Under the pieces are notes generated by a model. That model was not told the DNA's origin. It did not search any database and saw only the letters and a list, made by a program, of their open reading frames with translations. Below, in pieces: positions 18,677-26,112 of a stretch of 64,000 bases of DNA; the first letter of the stretch is position 1; every line of letters begins with the position of its first letter. The DNA lies in NCBI GenBank assembly GCA_021324295.1, contig JAJPJJ010000082.1, forward strand, positions 96,316-160,315, read 5' to 3'. Source of the stretch: Bacillota bacterium (GTDB lineage Bacteria > Sysuimicrobiota > Sysuimicrobiia > Sysuimicrobiales > Segetimicrobiaceae). The position numbers and the translations under genes were made by a program.

Positions 18677-19618
18677 GTGAGCGGCGAACGCATCGTACGC
18701 GTTGCCGTCGCCGGCTGGCCGGCGGAGCCATTCTGGACCCGCGTGCGCCGGCGGTGGCTTGGCCCCACCCAGCCTTGGTGGGGGGCCGCGTTCACCGCGC
18801 CGGTCCTGGTGCTGCTGGTGTGCTTCAAGTTCTGGCCGATGAGCTACGCTGCGTGGCTCAGCCTGACGAACGCCTCCCTGACGGACCGGGCCCGGCGCTT
18901 CATCGGCGTGTCCAACTACGTGCGCCTCTCGCACGACACGACGTTCATCGGCGCGCTGGAGACCACGGCGCGCTACGTCGGCGCCACCATCGCGGTGTCG
19001 ATGGTCCTCGGGCTCGCCCTCGCCGTGCTGATCAACCAGAAGGTCCCCGCACGGGGAGTGTTCCGTACGCTGCTCTTCCTGCCAGCCGTCGTGCCGCTCA
19101 TCGTCGTGCCCATCCTATGGCAGTTTCTCTTCCACCCCTACGGCCTGGTCAACAACGCGCTGAAAGCGCTCGGGCTGCACCCCGTGAACTGGCTGCTCTC
19201 GCCCCAGGGCGCGGTGGGAGCTCTCGTGGTGGCGACGGCCTGGCGGCTAACCCCGCTGTGCATGGTCATCTACCTGGCCGGACTGCAGTCGATCCCGGGC
19301 GAATTGTACGAAGCCGCGAAGGTCGATGGCGCGGGCGCCGTGCGGCGGTTCCAGTCAATCACGCTGCCCATGCTCAAGCCAACGCTCCTCGTCGTGGTCG
19401 TGTTCGCCATCACGTTGACCGTCCAAAACTTCGTGCTGGCCCTCGTCATGACGGGCGGAGGTCCCGATAACGCCAGCACCACGCTGTCGCTGTTCGTCTA
19501 CCAGACCGGCTTCCTGGGGTTCCAAATGGGCTACGCATCCGCGGCCGCCCTCGTGATGCTGTTGATTATCGTCGCCTTTACGGTGGTGAGCCTCCGTGCC
19601 TTCAGGATCGAGGAGTGA
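18677..19618 (+). CDS. Carbohydrate ABC permease (MalF-like)
   Basis: YLAGLQSIPGELYEAAKVDGA; TGGGP. Confidence 0.9.
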   Translation: MSGERIVRVAVAGWPAEPFWTRVRRRWLGPTQPWWGAAFTAPVLVLLVCFKFWPMSYAAWLSLTNASLTDRARRFIGVSNYVRLSHDTTFIGALETTARYVGATIAVSMVLGLALAVLINQKVPARGVFRTLLFLPAVVPLIVVPILWQFLFHPYGLVNNALKALGLHPVNWLLSPQGAVGALVVATAWRLTPLCMVIYLAGLQSIPGELYEAAKVDGAGAVRRFQSITLPMLKPTLLVVVVFAITLTVQNFVLALVMTGGGPDNASTTLSLFVYQTGFLGFQMGYASAAALVMLLIIVAFTVVSLRAFRIEE

Positions 19619-19624
19619 GGACCG

Positions 19625-20473
19625 ATGAGCTCGGCGACCACCGCCGTCCGCTTGCGAGCGCACGCTGCGACGATCGCGCTGCTGCTCCTGCTCACCGGGG
19701 TGACCGTCGTCTTTCTGGTACCAATCTTCTGGATGGTCTCGACGTCGCTGAAGTCGAACCAGCACGTCTTCGACCTGCCGATCCAATGGTTCCCGCGTCG
19801 GCCGCTCTGGAGCAACTATCCGACCGCGTATGCCACTGTCCACTTCACGCGCTACCTTGTGAACAGCGCGATCGTGACGGGAAGCGTCACCATCCTGAAC
19901 GTGGTGCTCTCGGCCCTCGCCGGTTACGGCCTTGCGAAGTACCGCTTTCTCGGCCGTCACGTTCTGCTGCTGCTCATTCTCGCGACCTTGATGCTGCCGC
20001 TAGAGGTAGTCATGGTGCCCCTCTACCTCACGGTGCAGCACCTGGGCTGGCTCAACAGCTACCAAGGCATGGTCGTTCCCGTGTCCGCGAACGCGCTCGG
20101 AGTGCTGATGATGCGGCAGTATTTCCTGTCGCTGCCCGATGATCTGATCGCCGCCGCGCACATTGACGGCGCGGGCCACCTCGGCACCTTCCTTCGCATC
20201 GGCGTCCCGCTGGCCTGGCCGGCACTCCTGACGGTCGCGATTCTGATCTTCCAGTCGACTTGGGACGACTTCGTGTGGCCGTTTCTCGTCATCAGCAGCC
20301 CGTCGAAGGCAACCGTTCCGCTCGCCGTGCAGTCGTTTCAGTCTGCCGAGACGTCGAACTTCCCGATGCTGATGGCCGTGTCGTCGATCGCCTCCGTGCC
20401 GCTGACGGTGCTCTTCTTCGTGTTTCAGCGCCAGATCATCAGCGGCGTTGCGACGACAGGGATGCGGCACTGA
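19625..20473 (+). CDS. Carbohydrate ABC permease (MalG-like)
   Basis: LPDDLIAAAHIDGAG; FQRQIISGVATTGMRH. Confidence 0.9.
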   Translation: MSSATTAVRLRAHAATIALLLLLTGVTVVFLVPIFWMVSTSLKSNQHVFDLPIQWFPRRPLWSNYPTAYATVHFTRYLVNSAIVTGSVTILNVVLSALAGYGLAKYRFLGRHVLLLLILATLMLPLEVVMVPLYLTVQHLGWLNSYQGMVVPVSANALGVLMMRQYFLSLPDDLIAAAHIDGAGHLGTFLRIGVPLAWPALLTVAILIFQSTWDDFVWPFLVISSPSKATVPLAVQSFQSAETSNFPMLMAVSSIASVPLTVLFFVFQRQIISGVATTGMRH

Positions 20474-21165
20474 TGCTGCGGCACACGGCGCTCTTCCTCC
20501 ATCGGGACACGATTACCGAGGACCAGAAGCTGGCGATGCTACGGGGGCTCGCCTTCCTGCGCATGGAGTGCGCCGGGGTGCGCGCAGGCGACTACGGCCA
20601 GGACCTCCTAGGCGGTTCGAGCCCGCTGCTCGCGGTGCCGCCGTGGCAACGCACCCCGCGCTGGCGCGCGCGCCGGGAAGGACCCCCGAGCAACTACGAC
20701 GTCGCGCTCCACCTCGACTTCGACGACGACACCGCCTTGGCGCGGTACCTTGCCGACGAACGGCGCGTCGCCATCGAGCGCTGCAACGCCGCCGTCAATA
20801 TCCCGGAGCTGACCGCGCGCATCGAGTGGCGATACGAAGGGGCGCCGTTAATCCGCCGCGGGTTTGTCCGCCATACGGCGATGTTCGTCTGGGCCGACGA
20901 GGCGGACCCCGCCGCGCGTTCGCGCGCTCTCTCGGCCGCCCGGGGCCTCGCCAGGGCCCCGGGCGTCGTGTCCGTCGTGGCGGCCGAGGACGTGGGTGGC
21001 CCCGCGGCTAACTTCGATTGGGTCCTGGACGTGCAGATGCAAGATGCGGCGGCTGCCCGCGCCCTGGTCGAGGGTCCCTGGTACGCCGGCGCGATGGGCA
21101 TCATCGCACCCGCGACCAAGTACGAGTGGACCGCGCGGGTCACGCACGTGATGCGGGGCTACTAG
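20473..21165 (+). CDS. Tandem Dabb (dimeric alpha/beta barrel)-like protein A
   Basis: Two repeats beginning LRHTALF and VRHTAMF, GDYGQD, NYDVALHLDFDD; TGATG coupling to the permease. Confidence 0.65.
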   Translation: MLRHTALFLHRDTITEDQKLAMLRGLAFLRMECAGVRAGDYGQDLLGGSSPLLAVPPWQRTPRWRARREGPPSNYDVALHLDFDDDTALARYLADERRVAIERCNAAVNIPELTARIEWRYEGAPLIRRGFVRHTAMFVWADEADPAARSRALSAARGLARAPGVVSVVAAEDVGGPAANFDWVLDVQMQDAAAARALVEGPWYAGAMGIIAPATKYEWTARVTHVMRGY

Positions 21166-21169
21166 TTCG

Positions 21170-21811
21170 ATGACGATCTCGCCGGTCCTGCGCCGCGTGG
21201 TCCTGTGGCGCTGGAGTGCGCGAGCCACCCCGGAGCAACGGCTCAGGGCTAAGGAGGGGCTCGCCTACATCAGCTATGCGAGCCCTGTCGACGCCGTGGA
21301 TTTCGGGGAAGACCTCGGCCTGTCCGGCGGCACGCACTACGATCTCGTGCTGCTTCGGGATCATCGCGACAAGGCGTCCTGGGACGAGTACAACCGTGAC
21401 GCTCACCACTACCGGGTCGGCGGGTTCATCGATACGATCACCCAAGAAGGCAAGACGGTGCGGGCCGACTACGTTTACAAGGGCCCGACGTCGGTGCGGG
21501 GTCGGGTGCGCCATCTGGCGCTCTACGCGTGGCGCGAGGGGCTTGACGAACGGGAGAAACGGGAGGCGCGCCGGGCGCTCGCGGGCCTGCGCGTCGCATG
21601 CGATGTCATCTTCGCGCTCGAGGTGGCCGACGATCTGGGGTGGGCCACGGTTGGAAGGGCCGATCTCGTGCTGGAGGTGCACTTCCCTGACGAGAACGGC
21701 GCCCGGGCATTCCTCGGGCACCCGGCATACCGCGAGGCCGCCGAGCTGCTCGCCGGGCTCACGCGCCCAGAGCGAACGGCCACGATCCAGCATCGAATGA
21801 AGATGGGGTGA
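21170..21811 (+). CDS. Tandem Dabb-like protein B
   Basis: RRVVLWRW...DFGEDLG...HYDLVL; second repeat VRHLALYAW...DLVLEVHFPD...GHPAY. Confidence 0.65.
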   Translation: MTISPVLRRVVLWRWSARATPEQRLRAKEGLAYISYASPVDAVDFGEDLGLSGGTHYDLVLLRDHRDKASWDEYNRDAHHYRVGGFIDTITQEGKTVRADYVYKGPTSVRGRVRHLALYAWREGLDEREKREARRALAGLRVACDVIFALEVADDLGWATVGRADLVLEVHFPDENGARAFLGHPAYREAAELLAGLTRPERTATIQHRMKMG

Positions 21812-21872
21812 CCTCAGCATGAGGAGGACCGCCAGCCGGGGTGACAAGGTGGATGCCCGGCAAGGCCTGATG

Positions 21873-22565
21873 CTACGGCCCCCGCATGATGTGCGAGACG
21901 CGTGCCGTCCACTCGTACTTCGTCGCGGCGGCCACCGCTTCCATGGCCCGCGCATAGTACGGACCCCCGAGCAGCTGTTCCACTGCGGCGCGATCCGGCA
22001 ACTGCACGTCCAGGATCCAGTCGTAGTTGCTGACCAGCCGCCCGACGTTGTGGCCCACCGCGACCGCCTCCACACCCGGCGCCTTGCTGAGGGCCCGAAC
22101 GGCGTTGAGCGCCCGCTGCTTGGCCTGTTCCGACATGCCGTCGGCCCAGACGAACATCGCCACATGCCTGAGGTGTCCCCGCCGCGTCGGCATCTCGCCG
22201 TCCAAGTACCAGTCCACTCGGGCCGTCAGCTCGTCCCAGGACACCGCTCCGTTGAACGCCGAGGCAGCCCTATGGGCGGGGTGCGGGCCGTACTGGCGGT
22301 ACGCGTCCCAGTCATCGAAATCGAGGTGGAGCGCCACGTCGTAGTTGGCCGGAGGACCATCCTTTCCGCACCTCCAAACGGGCATCGCCTCGAAGGGAGG
22401 CGGGTCATCGAATCGCCGGGAGCCGCCGAAGACATCGTCGCCGTAATCGCCCGACCGCACCATCGGGCACTCCATGCGGACGTAGGCCAAGCCCTTCAGC
22501 ATCTCCGCCTGCAAGGTCGGTGTGGTCGTATCGCGCAGCCGCCAGATCACAGAGTGACGCAACAT
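21873..22565 (-). CDS. Tandem Dabb-like protein C (paralogue of protein A, convergent)
   Basis: MLRHSVIWRL...GDYGDD...NYDVALHLDFDDW...HPAH...TKYEWTARVSHIMRGP. Confidence 0.65.
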   Translation of the reverse strand: MLRHSVIWRLRDTTTPTLQAEMLKGLAYVRMECPMVRSGDYGDDVFGGSRRFDDPPPFEAMPVWRCGKDGPPANYDVALHLDFDDWDAYRQYGPHPAHRAASAFNGAVSWDELTARVDWYLDGEMPTRRGHLRHVAMFVWADGMSEQAKQRALNAVRALSKAPGVEAVAVGHNVGRLVSNYDWILDVQLPDRAAVEQLLGGPYYARAMEAVAAATKYEWTARVSHIMRGP

Positions 22566-22822
22566 GACACGAATATTTCTCGTCGGTGCGCGGCGCGGTC
22601 CTGCGTGCGCGCGGCGGCCGGGCCTGAAGGGACACGGCCGCGGCAGCGCAGGCGACCGTCGATCATGTGGCTGCCCGCTGCGCATGTGATGATTTACGCC
22701 GTAGGGGTCGGCTCTGATTTCACGATTGTCCGCGACGGCGTCCGCGGACACAGGCGGGGAGGCGACCGATAGCCGTCGAAGGGAAGACTGCGGGATACCG
22801 CGGGAGGGCCGGGGGGAGTCAG

Positions 22823-23818
22823 ATGCCATTGGGATGGGGAATTATCGGGACCGGCGGCTTTGCCGGCAGCGCCACGGCGCCCGCGATCAACGCCCTCGGC
22901 ACGGAAGGGTCGCTGATCGCCGTCGTCAGCCGCGACCGCGGCCGCGCCGAGGCGTTCGCGAAGCAGCACGGGGCGTGCCGAGCGTACACCCACTACGCGG
23001 ACCTGCTGCGCGACCGCGAGGTCGACATCGTCTATATCTCCACCCCCAACGCGCTGCACGCCGAGCACGCCATCGCGGCCGCGCGGGCCGGGAAGCACGT
23101 GCTCTGCGAGAAGCCGCTGGCCACGAGCGTGGCGGATGCGCGCCGAGTTGTCGAGGCGTTCGAGGCGGCCGGGCTCAAACTCGGCACCCACTTTCAAACG
23201 CGCCATCACACTGCGTTCGCCGAGACGAAGCACCTGCTCGACCGGGGGACGATCGGCGACGTGATCCTCATCCAAATCGAAGTGAGCTCAGGGACGAACC
23301 AGCTGCGGAGCTGGCGCGCCGACCCGCAGCTCGCCGGTCTCGGCTCGATCAACAACATCGCCGTCCATCCGTTCGATCTGCTGCGGTACCTGCTCGGGTC
23401 CGAGGTGCGCGAGGTGGTTGCGATGACCGACGTGGGCCGCAGCACCGAATTGGAGCGCATGGTGCTCGCGCTGCTGCGATTTCAGAACGGGACGCTGGCG
23501 TACGTCAACGCGAACCAGCGGGTCCCGCACTTTCAGCCCGACATCGACATCTACGGCACCGATGGTCGCGTCGTCGGCATCGACTGCACCCGGCCCTTCC
23601 GCGAGGGCGAGCTGCGTGTCCTGACTGCGGCGGGAGAGCAGGTCACAAAGCACTCGAGCAAGGACGCCGTCGTGCGATCGGTGGCGGCCTTCAATGACGC
23701 CGTCAAGCACGACCGCGAGCCGAATGCCTCGGGGCTCGATGGCCTCCGTAGCGTGCAGCTGACCGACGCCGTGATCCAGTCGGCCCGGGAGGGGCGGCTC
23801 GTCGAGGTGACCTACTGA
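22823..23818 (+). CDS. Gfo/Idh/MocA family oxidoreductase
   Basis: GIIGTGGFA, VYISTPNALHAE, GKHVLCEKP. Confidence 0.9.
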   Translation: MPLGWGIIGTGGFAGSATAPAINALGTEGSLIAVVSRDRGRAEAFAKQHGACRAYTHYADLLRDREVDIVYISTPNALHAEHAIAAARAGKHVLCEKPLATSVADARRVVEAFEAAGLKLGTHFQTRHHTAFAETKHLLDRGTIGDVILIQIEVSSGTNQLRSWRADPQLAGLGSINNIAVHPFDLLRYLLGSEVREVVAMTDVGRSTELERMVLALLRFQNGTLAYVNANQRVPHFQPDIDIYGTDGRVVGIDCTRPFREGELRVLTAAGEQVTKHSSKDAVVRSVAAFNDAVKHDREPNASGLDGLRSVQLTDAVIQSAREGRLVEVTY

Positions 23819-23836
23819 TTGACACGGGGGGGCGCG

Positions 23837-25087
23837 GTGACCGGCACCCATCGTTCGCAGATCGCTTGGTCACGCGGCCCGGGGGCCACCGGCTACGAGG
23901 CGCGCGTCGATATGGGGCGCCTGCGCGCCGGGCGGGTCGCGCGCGCGGCAGGCTATGACCGTCTCGGATCTCGATGCGGTGCTGGTCCGGAAGGAAGAGA
24001 ACGTCCGGTACCTCACGAGTTTGCGGCCGCAGATCATCGCCGGCAAGAACGGTGTTCTCAACGGTGCGCTCTGCACGCAGGACGGGACTGTGGCGCTGCT
24101 CATCTCCGGCGGCGATCGCGACCGTGCCGAGGCCTCGATGCCCTAGATCGCCGACTGGGAGACGATTCCGATCCTGGAGGAGCCGGGTCTCATCCGGCGC
24201 GCCGCGGTCGAGATTATCCCGGGGGCTGTTGCGCCGACGGGGCCTCCGCGGCGCGCGGATGGGGATCGATCTGGCGAGCAAGCTGCTCATGGACGCGCTG
24301 GGCGACACCTGCGCTGATATCCGGTGGGTGGACGGTGACGTGGCGATGCAAGGCGGCCCGGCGCATCAAGACGGCCGACGAGCTCGCGCTGATCGAGGAG
24401 GCGACTGCGATCGCCGAGGCGGTCACGGCCAGCGCCGTCGCCGCCGTGCACGAAGGGGTGTGCGAGTGTGACGTGGCCGGCGAGGCGCTGCGGGCGCTCT
24501 ACCGGCTCGGCGGCGAATATGCGCACGTAACGGCGCCGTTTGTGGCCAGTGGCGAGCGGATGTCGCCGCCGACCCGGCTCGCCACGGACAAACTGATCCG
24601 CGCAGGCGACCTCGTGTTCATCGACATCGGCGCAATGTGGAACGGCTACTTCGGGGACGTCGGCCGGACGGTAGTCTGCAGTGAGCCGTCGCCCGAGCAG
24701 CGGCGCATCTACCGGGCGGTATGGGACGGCCTGCAGGCCGGCATTGCGGCGATGCGGCCGGGCGCTACCAACGCCGAGGTCACCGCCGCGATCCGCGCCC
24801 GGGCCGCGTCCCACGGCCTCGGCGGCCGCTTCCTGAGCCTCTTCATCGGCCACGGCATCGGGTGCAGCTCTAACGAGCCGCCGTACATCGACGAGCTCTT
24901 CCCCGGCGCGGCGACCGTGACGCTGGAAGCCGGGATGGTGTTCGCGCTCGAGCCGCTGATCTGGCTGCCCGGGGTGCCGGGAGGCGGCGGGGTCCGGCTG
25001 GAAGATATGGTGGCCGTGACGGAGGCGGGGGGGGCGGCGTATCTCGCGGAGTCCCTACTGCGCGACGCTGCTGGCGTGATGGTGTAA
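23837..25087 (+). pseudogene. Xaa-Pro/creatinase-like M24 family peptidase, disrupted
   Basis: Homologous segments lie in different frames (LDAVLVRKEENVRYLT; GIDLASKLLMDAL; RRIKTADELALIEEA...DIGAMWNGYFGDVGRT...GHGIG...EP...VRLED). There is an in-frame TAG at 24144-24146 and at least three frameshifts. Confidence 0.82.
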
Positions 25088-25303
25088 ACAGCAGGAGCGA
25101 TCTTTGCGGTCGAGCCGTCGACGCCACCCACACCACCGGTCGGGAGGCACCGCGAACGAAGGGAGGCACGTCGACGACCACCATTTGCTGCGGAAGCGCA
25201 CTTTGTTGCAACCCCGACGCCTGCCAAGCTATGGTCCGGGGAAGTTTGCGGCGCATCATGTTGGAGCGGTACTAAGCGGCGCCGTGCGGGAGCGTCCTCG
25301 CTC

Positions 25304-26062
25304 GTGACGCCAGCATCCTCCCCCGTCCGGCGGCCGGGTTCCGTGCCCGGGCCGCAGGTGCTCGCCGGGACGTCCGGGTTCGCGTTCGCCGAGTGGAAGG
25401 GCGGCTTCTACCCGCCGGAGCTGCCGGGCGACCGGATGCTCTCGCACTACGCGGCCCACCTGCCCACCGTCGAGATCAACGTCTCGTTCTACCGCATGCC
25501 GACCGAGGCGATGCTCACGGCGTGGGCGGCGCAGACGCCGGGCGACTTTCGCTTCGCGATCAAGGCGCACCGCCGGATCACGCACACGAAGCGGCTGCGC
25601 GACGTGGACCAGGACGTCCGCTGGCTCTATGAGCGGGTCGGCACGCTCGGCGACCGCCTGGGCCCGGTGCTGTTCCAGCTCCCGCCGTCGCTACGGAAGG
25701 ATCTGCCCCTCCTCCAGCAGTTCCTGGCGTCGCTCCCGCCCCTGCCGTATGTGGCCGTGGAGTTCCGCCACGCGACCTGGCACGACGACGCGGTCTACGA
25801 TGCGCTGCGCACGTATCGCGCCGCGCTGTGCATCGCCGAAGACGACGACTCGTGCGCGCCGCTCGTGCACACCGCGCCGTTCGGATACTACCGGCTGCAC
25901 CGCCTGCGGTACACTCAGGCGCAGCTGGCGGGCTGGGCCGAGCACCTGAGCGCGGCCGCGGACCTCCGCCCGGTGTTCTGCTACTTCACGCACGAGACCG
26001 GGCCCGAGGCGGTGGCGTACGCGCGGCGGCTGATGGAGCTCGCCGGCCGCCCGGCGCGCTGA
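25304..26062 (+). CDS. DUF72 (YecE/YunF-like) protein
   Basis: GTSGF...WKGGFYP, VEINVSFY, FAIKAHRRITH, GPVLFQLPPS, VEFRH. Confidence 0.9.
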   Translation: MTPASSPVRRPGSVPGPQVLAGTSGFAFAEWKGGFYPPELPGDRMLSHYAAHLPTVEINVSFYRMPTEAMLTAWAAQTPGDFRFAIKAHRRITHTKRLRDVDQDVRWLYERVGTLGDRLGPVLFQLPPSLRKDLPLLQQFLASLPPLPYVAVEFRHATWHDDAVYDALRTYRAALCIAEDDDSCAPLVHTAPFGYYRLHRLRYTQAQLAGWAEHLSAAADLRPVFCYFTHETGPEAVAYARRLMELAGRPAR

Positions 26063-26096
26063 AGCCCTCCCGCTCCTCGCGGCGCGCGCCGGTTTC

Positions 26097-26112
26097 TGCT
26101 AGGATCGTCTCG
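26097..26112 (+). promoter_or_regulatory. Extended -10 (TGcTAGGAT) just before the ligD GTG, probable leaderless transcript
   Basis: TG at 26097, TAGGAT at 26100-26105, start codon at 26112, no RBS visible. Confidence 0.5.

Noticed and set aside
24144-24146. In-frame TAG in the M24 gene as pyrrolysine or other recoding
   Set aside because: It is accompanied by several frameshifts, and there are no pyl genes in the window; ordinary pseudogenisation explains it.
6575-25303. Integrase, IS or att direct repeats bounding the island
   Set aside because: No mobility gene, tRNA or convincing terminal repeat found by eye.
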